A stretch of 64,000 bases of DNA from Tepidisphaerales bacterium (GTDB taxonomy: Bacteria > Planctomycetota > Phycisphaerae > Tepidisphaerales > Tepidisphaeraceae): the NCBI GenBank assembly GCA_038237225.1, contig JBBRYX010000025.1, forward strand, positions 915 to 64,914, given 5' to 3'. Position numbers and translations under genes: made by a program. The notes under the pieces are model-generated. The model was given only the letters and a program-made list of their open reading frames with translations. It had not been told where the DNA came from and searched no databases. Positions 43,790-53,684 of the stretch are shown here, in pieces. Each line of letters begins with the position of its first letter. Position 1 is the first letter of the stretch.

Positions 43790-45082
43790 CTAACTAAGAC
43801 GAATGAGGCGGTAGGTTTTCTTTCCGCTGCGGAGGACGATGGCGGCGGGGGTGGCGAGGGTGGTTGGATCGAGTTTGGTGTTGGCGTCGGTGACCGGTTT
43901 GTTGTTGAGATAGAGACCGCCCTGGGCGATGAGGCGGCGGGCTTCGCCTTTGCTTTTGGCGAGACCGGTTTCGACGACGGCGTCGATGATGGGCCAGCCG
44001 GATTCGAGCTTGGCGCGGTCGATGGTGGTGGTGGGGACTTCGGCGGCGAGGGCGTCGATGGTCGCTTCGGTGAAGTCGGCGACGGGCGCGCCATACAGGG
44101 TTTGACTGGCGCTTACCGCGAGGCGGGCGGCTTCGGGGCCGTGGACGAGGGTGGTCATTTCCTCGGCGAGACGCTTCTGCGCGGCGCGCTTTTCCGGAGC
44201 GCGTTGATGTTCGGCCACGATCGCATCAACTTCGGAAATGGGTAGGAAGGTGAAGATTTTCAAGTAGCGTGCCACATCCGCGTCGTCGGTGCGAAGCCAG
44301 AACTGGTAGAAGTCGAAGGGCGGGGTTTTATCGGCGGTGAGCCAGACGGCGTTGCCTTCCGATTTGCCGAACTTCGCGCCGGAACTGGTGGTGATGAGCG
44401 GCATGGTAAGCGCGAAGGCGTGCCCGGATTCGCCTTCGACTTTGCGGATGAGATCCGTTCCGGCGGTGATGTTGCCCCACTGATCGGACCCGCCGAGTTG
44501 GAGGACGCAGTTGTGGTCTTTGTACAGGCGGTAGAAGTCGTAGCCCTGAAGAAGCTGGTAGCTGAACTCCGTGTAGCTCATGCCTTCGTCGCTGGCTTCC
44601 ATGCGGGAACGGACGGATTCCTTGGTGAGCATGGCGCCGATGCGGAAGTGCTTGCCGATGTCGCGAAGGAAATCGATCGCGCCAATGGAGCCGAACCAGT
44701 CGAGATTGCTGACGAGCTTCGCGGGGGCAGTTGCGTGGTTGAAGTCGAGGAATTTTTCGAGCACGCGGCGGATGCCGTCGGAATTTTGCGCGACCTGTTC
44801 TTTGGTGAGGAGATTTCGCTCGGCGGCTTTTCCGGAGGGATCGCCGATCATTCCGGTTGCGCCGCCGACGACGGCGATGGGTGGGATGCCGTTGCGCTGG
44901 GCGTGCATGAGGGCGAGGATGGGGACGAAGTTGCCGACGTGGAGGGAATCGGCGGTGGGATCGAAGCCGGCGTAGCAGGAGATGGGGCCGCGGGTTGCGA
45001 GCTGCGCGAGGCGTGCATCAAGGGCGGGCTCTGAGGTCTGGTGAACGAGGCCACGCGAATTAAGATCGGCGAGCAAAGGCAT
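43790..45082 (-). CDS. tyrS: tyrosine--tRNA ligase
   Basis: HVGN (HIGH) motif, KFGKS (KMSKS) motif, C-terminal S4-like domain. Confidence 0.95.
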   Translation of the reverse strand: MPLLADLNSRGLVHQTSEPALDARLAQLATRGPISCYAGFDPTADSLHVGNFVPILALMHAQRNGIPPIAVVGGATGMIGDPSGKAAERNLLTKEQVAQNSDGIRRVLEKFLDFNHATAPAKLVSNLDWFGSIGAIDFLRDIGKHFRIGAMLTKESVRSRMEASDEGMSYTEFSYQLLQGYDFYRLYKDHNCVLQLGGSDQWGNITAGTDLIRKVEGESGHAFALTMPLITTSSGAKFGKSEGNAVWLTADKTPPFDFYQFWLRTDDADVARYLKIFTFLPISEVDAIVAEHQRAPEKRAAQKRLAEEMTTLVHGPEAARLAVSASQTLYGAPVADFTEATIDALAAEVPTTTIDRAKLESGWPIIDAVVETGLAKSKGEARRLIAQGGLYLNNKPVTDANTKLDPTTLATPAAIVLRSGKKTYRLIRLS

Positions 45083-45137
45083 GAAGGGACTCCGATTGCG
45101 AGGGCGGATTGTAGAGCGTCACGGCAGGGCTTCAAAA

Positions 45138-46136
45138 TCAGGTGAAGTACAGAAACTGAAGTGTGTTGAGCGTATTGAAGAGCGAGTGGATGACGATGGG
45201 CAGCCAGATGTTGCCTGTTCGCTCGTAGGCGTAGCCGAGGCAGATGGAGAGTAGGAAGATGAGAGGGGCCATCCATAGCGGGTGGACGATCGCGAAGAAG
45301 AAGGACGTGAGGAGGATGGCGGCCCAGATGCGGGAACTGGAGCGGCCGCGCGGCGGCGGGGGAGGTTCAAGGGGAACATTTTCCTGCACCACCGGGAAGC
45401 CTGGAGCGACGGGGGGGTCGAAGATCTGGGCGAGGAAAGTTTGAACGTGAGCGCGAAAGAAGTATTCCTCGAAGAGCGGCGCCGCGAGACACGCGCCGAG
45501 GATCAGGAGGGCCTTCGTCACCGGGTTCGTGACGTCCTTCATGGCGCCGAGCAGCACGTGCGAATCAGGATGCGGGTAGTGGACTAAGTTGTAGAATGAC
45601 TCGAGCAGCAGGCCTGATGCGAGAAGCAGGGGAAAGACGACGAGGAACCCGACGGGGCCTTGCGCGAGGGCGGCGGGCAGTCGTCGCAGAGAGGGAACGA
45701 TCGCTCTTGTTGCGCCGAGCACTCGGTCCATAAAAAGAAGCGCGAGGAACCCAATGACGGCGGGGAGTGAGGAGAGGAATGCGTAATCTTCAGCGGTCAG
45801 ATTCTTTTCCGGGTCGAAGGCTGTGCCGGGATTGACGCGAACGAAATCGGACTGCTTGGTGCCGATGTAGACGCCTTGGATTCCGATCCAGACGATCAAG
45901 CCAATGACGGCGCTGACGCCGATTGGCCACACGGGTTGATCTGCCGGTAAACGGCGCGGGCCGAGGACGGATTTGCGGCGGAAGACACCGAGGAGCGCTG
46001 CGAAAATTGCCGCGATTCCGAGTCCGACGGCGATGTAGAGGATCTGCTGATTTGTGGTGAGGGTGTCCTGAGCGAGGCAAATTGACATAGAATCAGACCG
46101 GCTTAAATTGGCCGCCCCGCTGGCTCGGCTGAACAT
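45138..46136 (-). CDS. CPBP family intramembrane glutamic endopeptidase (CAAX protease-like)
   Basis: Motifs EEYFFRAHV, FFFAIVH, HSLFN in a polytopic membrane protein. The start could instead be the internal ATG (MSICLAQ). Confidence 0.8.
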   Translation of the reverse strand: MFSRASGAANLSRSDSMSICLAQDTLTTNQQILYIAVGLGIAAIFAALLGVFRRKSVLGPRRLPADQPVWPIGVSAVIGLIVWIGIQGVYIGTKQSDFVRVNPGTAFDPEKNLTAEDYAFLSSLPAVIGFLALLFMDRVLGATRAIVPSLRRLPAALAQGPVGFLVVFPLLLASGLLLESFYNLVHYPHPDSHVLLGAMKDVTNPVTKALLILGACLAAPLFEEYFFRAHVQTFLAQIFDPPVAPGFPVVQENVPLEPPPPPRGRSSSRIWAAILLTSFFFAIVHPLWMAPLIFLLSICLGYAYERTGNIWLPIVIHSLFNTLNTLQFLYFT

Positions 46137-46174
46137 GCGGCGGCGGATTGTAGATCGGGTGCGAGCGAATTCCT

Positions 46175-46987
46175 ATGGCGACGATTCTGGATGAAATCAT
46201 CGAGACCAAAAAACAGGAAGTCGCGGAGCGGAAGCAGCGCGTGCCGCTGGAGCAATTGCGGGAGACGATCGAGACGCTGGGCCGGCCGCGGAATTTTTTT
46301 CATGCGGTGACCAAGGCGCCGGAGAAGAAGCGGCTGAATCTGATCGCGGAGGTGAAGAAGGCGTCGCCGAGCGCGGGGGTGATTCGGGCGGATTTTGATC
46401 CGGTGAAGATCGCTCTGGAATACGCGGCAGCGGGCGCGGATGCGCTGTCGGTACTGACCGATGAAAAGTATTTCCAGGGCAAGCTGGAATACATCCACAT
46501 GATTCGCGATGCGGTGAAGCTTCCGGTGTTGCGGAAGGATTTCATCATCGACACGTATCAGGTGCACGAGGCGCGGGCCGCGGGCGCGGATGCGATCCTG
46601 CTGATCGCGGAGTGTTTGCAGGTGAATGAGATGATCGATCTGCAAATCCTGGCGACAGAGCTGAACATGACGTGCCTGATTGAGGTGCACGACATGGACA
46701 ACCTGATTCGCGTGCGGGATCGGGTGATTGGTTTTCCGCATCGGAGTTACTCGCTGCTGGGGATCAACAATCGCGACCTGCGGAACTTCAAGACGGATCT
46801 GGGGACGACGCTGCGGCTGTCGGAACTGGTCGAGGATCGGAATGTGCTGGTGAGCGAGAGTGGGATCAACACGTTTTCGGATATCGAGAAGCTGGAGACG
46901 GCGGGGGTTCGCGCGGTTCTGGTGGGGGAAAGCTTGATGCGCAGCGACGACATCGGCGCGAAGGTGCGGGAACTTTTCGATCTGTGA
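46175..46987 (+). CDS. trpC: indole-3-glycerol phosphate synthase
   Basis: MATILDEIIETKKQEV, LIAEVKKASPS, VLTDEKYFQG and INNRDL are conserved IGPS motifs. Confidence 0.95.
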   Translation: MATILDEIIETKKQEVAERKQRVPLEQLRETIETLGRPRNFFHAVTKAPEKKRLNLIAEVKKASPSAGVIRADFDPVKIALEYAAAGADALSVLTDEKYFQGKLEYIHMIRDAVKLPVLRKDFIIDTYQVHEARAAGADAILLIAECLQVNEMIDLQILATELNMTCLIEVHDMDNLIRVRDRVIGFPHRSYSLLGINNRDLRNFKTDLGTTLRLSELVEDRNVLVSESGINTFSDIEKLETAGVRAVLVGESLMRSDDIGAKVRELFDL

Positions 46988-47001
46988 GGACGAAATCCGC
47001 A

Positions 47002-47071
47002 GTAGGGGCGGCACTTGTGTCGCCCTCTTTCCCACGGTGAGTGCAGAGGGCGACCCCAGTGTCGCCCCTAT
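47002..47071. repeat. imperfect ~27-bp inverted repeat with a nested hairpin in each arm, downstream of trpC
   Basis: GTAGGGGCGGCACTTGTGTCGCCCTCT ... GCAGAGGGCGACCCCAGTGTCGCCCCTAT. Same architecture as the 6399..6459 element. Confidence 0.5.
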
Positions 47072-47236
47072 GAAAATGGTCGCATGCGCGTGCCCCTGGA
47101 AATGCCTGCCATGGGCGCGGTTTTTCATTGTTCCGAGGGGCTGTCATGTTTATCATGTCGGCTTGACTGCCGGGCTGTTGGGCGCGTTGATCAAATCTCT
47201 TGGGTTGCTTGCTCTATCGGGACCAGTTGAGGTGCC

Positions 47237-49051
47237 ATGTTGCGCGTTGTGTGTGATTGCGGGGCCAAGCTTAAGCTGCCGGAGGAGCATCTGGGACGCG
47301 CGGTGACGTGTCCGAAATGCCAGACGGTGATGCGCGCGGTGAGCGGTGGCGGGCAGGTGCTGGAGTTTGATTGTCGGCTGGTGATTGTCGATGGGATCGA
47401 GCGGGTGGGTGAGCAGTTTCTTCTCGGGGGTGATGGGACGATTGAGATCGGAAAGCTCGAGGAGAATGCGATTCAACTGGAAGGGGTTCGCGTGTCGCGG
47501 AGCCATTGCCGGCTGATTCCGACGATTCATGGCGGGTGGGCGATCGAGGATACCGGGAGCACGAACGGGCTTTATCTTAACGGTGAGCGCATCACGTGCG
47601 AGACGTTGAATGAAGGCGATCGGATTGGGGTGGGGGACTTCCTTCTGCGCTTCAGAGGCAGTGACGAGAATGCGGTGGTTCTGGCGAGCGACTCGATTGC
47701 GGATTCGCGGGCGCTGACGATGACGGGATCATTTTCGGCGAGCGCGTTCGAGGCGAGTGCGGCGCCGTTCGAACTTGAGAATGAGTCGGAAGAGGGGCTT
47801 TATGATTTGTCGGCGGAAGATGAGCTGGCGGCGCCGGCGCCTGTGATGCCGGCGCGTGCCGCGGTGGCGCCGATTCATGCTTCGCTGGCGGCGACGCCCC
47901 TTCCCGCACGGGTGATTCCGGTGACGCAGCCGGGGCCGCGCTGTCCGAGCTGCTCACAGATGCTGGCGGCGGGGGCGAAGATCTGCGTGGGTTGCGGGAT
48001 CGACATTAAGACCGGTCGCGCGCTGGTGACGAGCCGGGGGCTGGATGAAGAGACGCTTGAAGAACATGCGAGCATCTGGATTCGGTTTATCAGTTGGTTT
48101 ATGCCGGTGGGGTTTTTGCCGATTGCGTCAGAGGCGTTTGGAACGCGCAAGCCGTACGTCGTGTGGAGTGTGACCGCGCTGACGATCCTGACAAGCCTCG
48201 CGTATTTACCGGTGCTTCATAATTTTGAGAAGGGCGAGCCGGGCGATGGGATCCTGCTGATGCAATGGTCGGGGAATCGGGATGCGACGCTTCGGGATTT
48301 CCAGAAGGTGCGGCAGGAGTTCCTGCGCTATTATCGCGAACAGCTGGCATCCGAGCGACCGGCGCGCGGGCGGACGCAGCGCGGGGCTGGGGAGGATGTG
48401 GTTGCTGAACGAGAGCTGGACCAGAAGCTGAATAAAGTGCTTGAGCATCAGCTTCCGCCGTCGACGGCGAAATTTCATGGTTATCAGCTTGTGACGTCGG
48501 GATTCCTGCACGCCGGTGTGCTGCACCTGGCGGGCAATCTGCTCTTCATGCTGATCTTTGGCTGGCGCGTGAATGAGCTGATCGGCAACGTGAAGATGAT
48601 CTTCGTCTACCCGCTGCTGATGATCGCAAGCGCGGCGACGCACCACGTCATGGCATCGGGCGAGCCGCTGGCGCCGTATCTTGGCGCATCAGGCGCGATT
48701 ATGGGTTTGGCTGGAATGTACGTCGTGCTGTTCCCGGCACAGAAGGTCCACATGATCGCGTGGTTCCGCATCCTGGTGATCCGCGGTTGGAAGATCTTCC
48801 GCATGCGCGGCATCTGGATGCTGCTGCTGTGGATTGCCTGGCAGGACGGTGTGCCGACGTTGCTGAAAAGCAGTGATCATGTGGCGCATTGGTCTCACCT
48901 TGGCGGCTTCGTGGCGGGAGCTTTCTTGGCGATAATTCTTCTGCTCACGCGACTGGTGACGGCACGCGGGACCGATTTGTTGTCGGTTCTTCTGGGAAGG
49001 CATGCTTGGAACCTGATGGGCAAGCCTCGGGAGTTGTCGGCTTCGACATAA
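47237..49051 (+). CDS. fusion: zinc ribbon + FHA domain + second zinc ribbon + rhomboid-family intramembrane serine protease
   Basis: CDCG..CPKC at the N-terminus. FHA region IEIGKLEENAIQLEGVRVSRSHCRL..GSTNGLYLNGERI. CPSCSQ..CVGCG. Rhomboid motifs HLAGNLLFML, GASGAIMGL and AHWSHLGGF. Confidence 0.8.
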   Translation: MLRVVCDCGAKLKLPEEHLGRAVTCPKCQTVMRAVSGGGQVLEFDCRLVIVDGIERVGEQFLLGGDGTIEIGKLEENAIQLEGVRVSRSHCRLIPTIHGGWAIEDTGSTNGLYLNGERITCETLNEGDRIGVGDFLLRFRGSDENAVVLASDSIADSRALTMTGSFSASAFEASAAPFELENESEEGLYDLSAEDELAAPAPVMPARAAVAPIHASLAATPLPARVIPVTQPGPRCPSCSQMLAAGAKICVGCGIDIKTGRALVTSRGLDEETLEEHASIWIRFISWFMPVGFLPIASEAFGTRKPYVVWSVTALTILTSLAYLPVLHNFEKGEPGDGILLMQWSGNRDATLRDFQKVRQEFLRYYREQLASERPARGRTQRGAGEDVVAERELDQKLNKVLEHQLPPSTAKFHGYQLVTSGFLHAGVLHLAGNLLFMLIFGWRVNELIGNVKMIFVYPLLMIASAATHHVMASGEPLAPYLGASGAIMGLAGMYVVLFPAQKVHMIAWFRILVIRGWKIFRMRGIWMLLLWIAWQDGVPTLLKSSDHVAHWSHLGGFVAGAFLAIILLLTRLVTARGTDLLSVLLGRHAWNLMGKPRELSAST

Positions 49052-49087
49052 TTCCTTGACGCGCGCCTCAGCCACACCAAGATTTAT

Positions 49088-49182
49088 GGTGGGGCAGGCA
49101 TCCTGTCTGCGATCGGACCTGGCTGGAATGTTGGCGCGGCGGAGTAACGCCGCCCGCGGCAGACAGGAATGTCCGCCCCACC
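49088..49182. repeat. imperfect 23-bp inverted repeat (GGTGGGGCAGGCATCCTGTCTGC / GCAGACAGGAATGTCCGCCCCACC) enclosing a structured 48-nt spacer
   Basis: Read directly, about 40 nt downstream of the rhomboid gene stop and within the 450-bp leader of the flotillin gene. Confidence 0.45.
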
Positions 49183-49502
49183 AGGGCCGTGTAGGAGGGC
49201 CGGCGAGTTATAAAGAATTAAGGTCTTTAAAGTCACAGCTAACTGCATTTGGATTCTGTACTTGCGCGGGTGGTGTGCGTGCACAGCAATCGTGTAGTGC
49301 GAGGCCAGGGCGGATATGATTCTGTTCATGAGTGACGCGATCGCCATCAACTTGCGCCTAACCCGTGGCTTCGATCGGTAGAGCCGGCCAAATGGCTCGG
49401 CTTTACCGGAGGCGACAAGAGCCGCACCGGCCGGTCGATGAACCGGCCAATCGAAGCACAGGCAGTTGAGTCGCGTGCCGCGTCACCAGGGAGGTATGGA
49501 TC

Positions 49503-51659
49503 ATGACCATGTTGCAAACTCTATTTCAAAGTGTACCGATGCCGCTTGCCGTCGCGATGGACACCAACTCGTACGTTGTGGTTGCGGTTGTCGCCATCGC
49601 GGCGGTCGCGCTCTTCTTTTTCCTTTGCGCCAAATGGGCGCTGCCCGCGATGGGCGTGCGCTTCATCCCCAACGATCGCGTCGGCGTCATCGAAAAGCTC
49701 TGGTCAAACAAAGGTTCGGTTGGGCAGGGACGCATCCTCGCCTTTAACGGTGAAGCTGGCTTCGAAGCGGGGGTGCTTCGCGGCGGCATTCACTTCGGCA
49801 AGTGGAGCTGGCAGTACCGCATCCACAAGGTGCCGCTGGTGACGATCCCGCAGGGGAAGGTCGGATATCTTTATGCCCGTGACGGCGAGACGCTCGAGCC
49901 TGGGCAGACCCTCGGCCGGGTTGTCGATTGCGACAACTTTCAGGATGCCTCCAAGTTCCTGTATGGCGGCGAGGAGAAAGGCGTGCGCGGGCAGCGCGGC
50001 CGCCAGCGATCGATCCTGCGTGAAGGCGTGTACGCGATCAACCTCGCGGCTTTCATCGTGATCACCGAAGCCCAGGTTTATTACCTGGAATCGGACAGCA
50101 AGGTTGAACTCCAGAAGCTGATGAGCTGGCAGCAGGAGCTTCGCGAGATCAGCGGCTTCAGCCCGGTTGTTATCGGCGAAGAAGTGTCGGCGATCGATCC
50201 GCTCAATCCCGATCACGCAATCGCGGTGGACTCCATCGGCATTGTGACCATCCACGACGGGCCGAGTTTGGCGCCGGGTGAAATCATTGCACCGGCGGTG
50301 GGTAACGATCCCGCCGGCGATCATTATCACAACAACTACCAGGACCCGGAGAAGTTCCTGGCGGCCGGTGGTCGCCGTGGCCGGCAGTATGTTCCGTTGA
50401 CGGACGGGACCTACTTCCTCAACCGCTGGTTCGCGACGGTGGAGCTTCTGCCCAAGACCATCGTGCCGATTGGTTACGTCGGCGTGGTCGTCAGCTACTA
50501 CGGACCGATGGGCAAGGATGTCTCGGGCGATGCGTTCCGGCACGGCGAGCGCGTTGCGCGCGGCGAGCGTGGCGTCTGGGAACGGCCGCTGGGCCCGGGC
50601 AAGTATCCGTTCAACACTTACGCCGGTCAGATCATTCACGTGCCGACCACCAACTTCGTCCTGCACTGGATTACCGGTCGCACTGAAGTCCATCGTTATG
50701 ATGACACGCTCAAGTCGATCGAGATGGTTACGAAGGATGCGTACGAGCCGAGCCTCCCGCTAAGTGTCGTCGTGCATATCGACTACATGAAGGCGCCGAG
50801 CGTGATCCAGCGGTTCGGCGACGTGAAGAAGCTGATTACGCAGACGCTCGACCCGATGCTGAGCGCCTACTTCCGCGACATCGCGCACAAGCGCACGATG
50901 CTGGAATTGCTCCAGCAGCGCGACGTGATTCAGCTCGATTCGCGAAAGGAGCTGCAGCGGCGATTCCAGGAATTTGATATCGAATGCGTGGACGTTCTCG
51001 TCGGCAAACCCGACACCGCCGAGGCGGGTGGCAAGATCGAGACGCTGCTCGAGCAGCTTCGTCAACGACAGCTTTCGATGGAGCAGGTCGAGACGTACCA
51101 GCGGCAGCGCCTGGCGGCGGATGAGCAGAAGAAGCTGAACGAGGCCCAGGCGCTGGCCCAGCGGCAAACGGAGCTGACGGGGTCGAAGGTGCAGATTGAA
51201 ATCGCCCGCAACCAGGCGGATGCGGATCTGGAACGTGCCCGCAAGATGGCGGAGCAGACGATCGTCACCGCCGAGGCCGAATCCAAGCAGCGGATGCTCG
51301 CCGGTCAGGGCGAGGCCGCGAAGATCGCGGAGATCGGTGAGGCCGAAGCGAAGGTGCTGATGCGAAAGGTCAGCAGCTACGGCGATCCGCGCCTGTACGC
51401 GATGGCGATCCTCGCGGAGCACTTGTCCAAGAGCGCTCAGCCGCTGGTTCCGCAGCAGGTGTTCATGGGTGGCGGGAGCGGTGGCGCCGACGGTAACGCC
51501 GGCATGGGAATGCTCGGTACACTGATTAACATGCTGCTCGCGGAGAAGTCCGGCTTCAAGATCGCCGGGAACGGCGACGCGGGGGTGGATATTAAGCCGC
51601 CGGCGGCGCCCGCGGTTGCAGCCGCCAATTCGGCGGCTGCACCGACGCGGAAGATGTGA
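49503..51659 (+). CDS. flotillin-like SPFH/band-7 family protein with a long EA-rich coiled coil
   Basis: N-terminal TM. SPFH-like core. Flotillin-type coiled coil (AEAESKQRMLAGQGEAAKIAEIGEAEAKV). Confidence 0.65.
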   Translation: MTMLQTLFQSVPMPLAVAMDTNSYVVVAVVAIAAVALFFFLCAKWALPAMGVRFIPNDRVGVIEKLWSNKGSVGQGRILAFNGEAGFEAGVLRGGIHFGKWSWQYRIHKVPLVTIPQGKVGYLYARDGETLEPGQTLGRVVDCDNFQDASKFLYGGEEKGVRGQRGRQRSILREGVYAINLAAFIVITEAQVYYLESDSKVELQKLMSWQQELREISGFSPVVIGEEVSAIDPLNPDHAIAVDSIGIVTIHDGPSLAPGEIIAPAVGNDPAGDHYHNNYQDPEKFLAAGGRRGRQYVPLTDGTYFLNRWFATVELLPKTIVPIGYVGVVVSYYGPMGKDVSGDAFRHGERVARGERGVWERPLGPGKYPFNTYAGQIIHVPTTNFVLHWITGRTEVHRYDDTLKSIEMVTKDAYEPSLPLSVVVHIDYMKAPSVIQRFGDVKKLITQTLDPMLSAYFRDIAHKRTMLELLQQRDVIQLDSRKELQRRFQEFDIECVDVLVGKPDTAEAGGKIETLLEQLRQRQLSMEQVETYQRQRLAADEQKKLNEAQALAQRQTELTGSKVQIEIARNQADADLERARKMAEQTIVTAEAESKQRMLAGQGEAAKIAEIGEAEAKVLMRKVSSYGDPRLYAMAILAEHLSKSAQPLVPQQVFMGGGSGGADGNAGMGMLGTLINMLLAEKSGFKIAGNGDAGVDIKPPAAPAVAAANSAAAPTRKM

Positions 51660-51824
51660 GTTCACACTGTGATTGCAGAGGCCGGGCGCTGAAAACGCTC
51701 GGCCTCTCTTGTTGATGTGACCGATGAGCTTTTTCGTAGCACGGGCAGGATGTTCGTGCTACAGGGAAACTGATGGAGGACTAGCGCTTGGAGCGAACTG
51801 CGTCGCCGTGATATCGTCCGTAAC

Positions 51825-53450
51825 ATGGCGGAGATGGCGCTTCAGCAGGCGTTCGAGCGCGCGGTTCGGCATCATCAGGCGGGGGAGTTCGCGCAGGCAG
51901 AGGCACTCTATCAATTCATTCTGAAGGAGGAGCCTGAGGAGCCTGCCGTGCTGCATCTTTTGGGATTGATCAAGGCGCAGCGGGGGGAAACGGTTGAGGC
52001 GCTGAAGCTGATTCGTGATGCGATCGAGATTCTTCCCGATGTTGCCGAGTTTCATTCGAACCTGGCGGGGATCCTTCAAGCAGCGGGTCGCGCAGAGGAA
52101 GCGGTTGAGGCATTTGGGAAAGCGATTGTGCTGAAGCCGGATGCCGCCGATGTGCATTTCAAGCTTGGCGTGTTGCTTCAGGCGATGGGACATGGGGATC
52201 AAGCGGAGACAGCGTATAAGAGATCGATCGAGCTGAACTCGAACTTCGCTCCAGCACACAACAATCTTGGCACGGTCTACTCCATGCGCGGGTCGCTGGA
52301 TGTGGCGGAGCAATGGTTTCGCGGCGCGCTGGCGCTGGATTCCAATCACGCATCGGCGCAATCCAATCTCGCGGGTGTGCTCGCGATGCTGGGGCGGTTC
52401 TCCGAGGCGGGCGCTGCGTATCGTCGATCCATCACGCTCTCTCCAGAACTCGCGGAAGATCATCTGGCTTTGGGTCGCGTGCTCCAGACGCTGGGGGATT
52501 TTGACGAGGCGATCGGAAGCTATCGGAAGGTTTTGTCTCTGACGCCGCGGGATGGGCAGGCCAAGCAATTGCTGGTGAGCGCGCTGTGGTCGGCGGGTCG
52601 GTTGCAGGAAGCGGTGGCGGTCGCGACGGAAGCCGTCGTCGAAGCGCCGGATTCTTACGATGCGCACTACGGCTTGGCGTTGGCGCTTGAGCGCGCGGGT
52701 CGGAAGCAGGAAGCGCTGCATTCGTTTAAGCGTGCCGCGAGTCTGGCTTCTGATCCGGATCGTGTTCAGTTCGAGATCGCGGCACTCGGCGACGGAGATT
52801 CGCCGCCGACAGCGCCCGCGGATTATGTGGTGGGCTTGTTTGATGGCTTCTCGGCGCGATTCGACCAGCACATGGTTGAAAGGCTCAAGTACGATGCCCC
52901 GCGGCAGTTGTACGAGGCGGTTCGACCGTTTCTGAGCGCTGAGAAGGTGGATGTCGCGGATCTCGGGTGCGGGACTGGATTGAGCGGCGTTCCGTTTCGT
53001 GCGGGGGCGAGATTTCTGGTTGGCGTGGATCTTGCGCCGCGGATGATCGCGGCAGCGAAAGCGCGCAGCATCTATGATGAGCTGCATATTGCGGATGTGA
53101 CGACTTTCTTGACCGAACGCGAGGATCGATTTCACCTGATTATCGCCGCGGATTTATTTATCTACGTGGGGGACCTTGGAAGGATCATCCCGGCTGCGGC
53201 GCGATCGCTTCGAGCGTGTGGTTGGCTGGTGTTTTCGGTTGAAGCGCAGAGTGAGCCGGGGTTTCGGCTTCAGGAGACCCGGCGATACAGCCATTCTCTG
53301 GGCTATCTGGAGTTGCTGGCACGCAACGCCGGGTTTGAAGTTAAGGTCGCTCAATCGGTGACGCTGCGGATGGAAAATGGAAGGCCGCTACCTGGGCATT
53401 CGGTGGTGTTTCAGAAGGCGATTGCGCACGCGCCGAAGGATTCAACTTGA
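51825..53450 (+). CDS. TPR-repeat protein with C-terminal class I SAM-dependent methyltransferase domain
   Basis: Multiple TPR units (AEALYQFILK.., AEFHSNLAGIL..). MTase motif VADLGCGTGL. The overlapping minus ORF 51759..53135 is an Arg-rich shadow. Confidence 0.8.
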   Translation: MAEMALQQAFERAVRHHQAGEFAQAEALYQFILKEEPEEPAVLHLLGLIKAQRGETVEALKLIRDAIEILPDVAEFHSNLAGILQAAGRAEEAVEAFGKAIVLKPDAADVHFKLGVLLQAMGHGDQAETAYKRSIELNSNFAPAHNNLGTVYSMRGSLDVAEQWFRGALALDSNHASAQSNLAGVLAMLGRFSEAGAAYRRSITLSPELAEDHLALGRVLQTLGDFDEAIGSYRKVLSLTPRDGQAKQLLVSALWSAGRLQEAVAVATEAVVEAPDSYDAHYGLALALERAGRKQEALHSFKRAASLASDPDRVQFEIAALGDGDSPPTAPADYVVGLFDGFSARFDQHMVERLKYDAPRQLYEAVRPFLSAEKVDVADLGCGTGLSGVPFRAGARFLVGVDLAPRMIAAAKARSIYDELHIADVTTFLTEREDRFHLIIAADLFIYVGDLGRIIPAAARSLRACGWLVFSVEAQSEPGFRLQETRRYSHSLGYLELLARNAGFEVKVAQSVTLRMENGRPLPGHSVVFQKAIAHAPKDST

Positions 53451-53486
53451 ATGGTGCGCTTGAAGCGGCTACAAATTGGGGCGTTT

Positions 53487-53559
53487 GCGGGCGTAACTCA
53501 ATTGGCAGAGTGCGGGCTTTCCAAGCCCGATGTTGAGGGTTCAACTCCCTTCGCCCGCT
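53487..53559 (+). tRNA. tRNA-Gly (anticodon UCC)
   Basis: Cloverleaf folded by hand: acceptor GCGGGCG/CGCCCGC; D-stem ACTC/GAGT; anticodon stem CGGGC/GCCCG with loop TTTCCAA; T-stem GAGGG/CCCTT with loop TTCAACT; discriminator T. No encoded CCA. Confidence 0.85.
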
Positions 53560-53684
53560 CTTTCCTTCGATCCTTCGAACCGCTTAGGGCGGGTTCGATC
53601 GATTTCGGTTTGAACGTTGGGGTGGCGGGGATGGTATTTCTAATGCGGACGTGTGGGTTCGAACGATTTAAGGCGGACTTGCGA

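Noticed and set aside
51759-53135. 458-aa minus-strand ORF
   Set aside because: Antisense to the TPR-methyltransferase gene. Arg-rich shadow, while the + strand shows clean TPR units and a GCGTG SAM motif.
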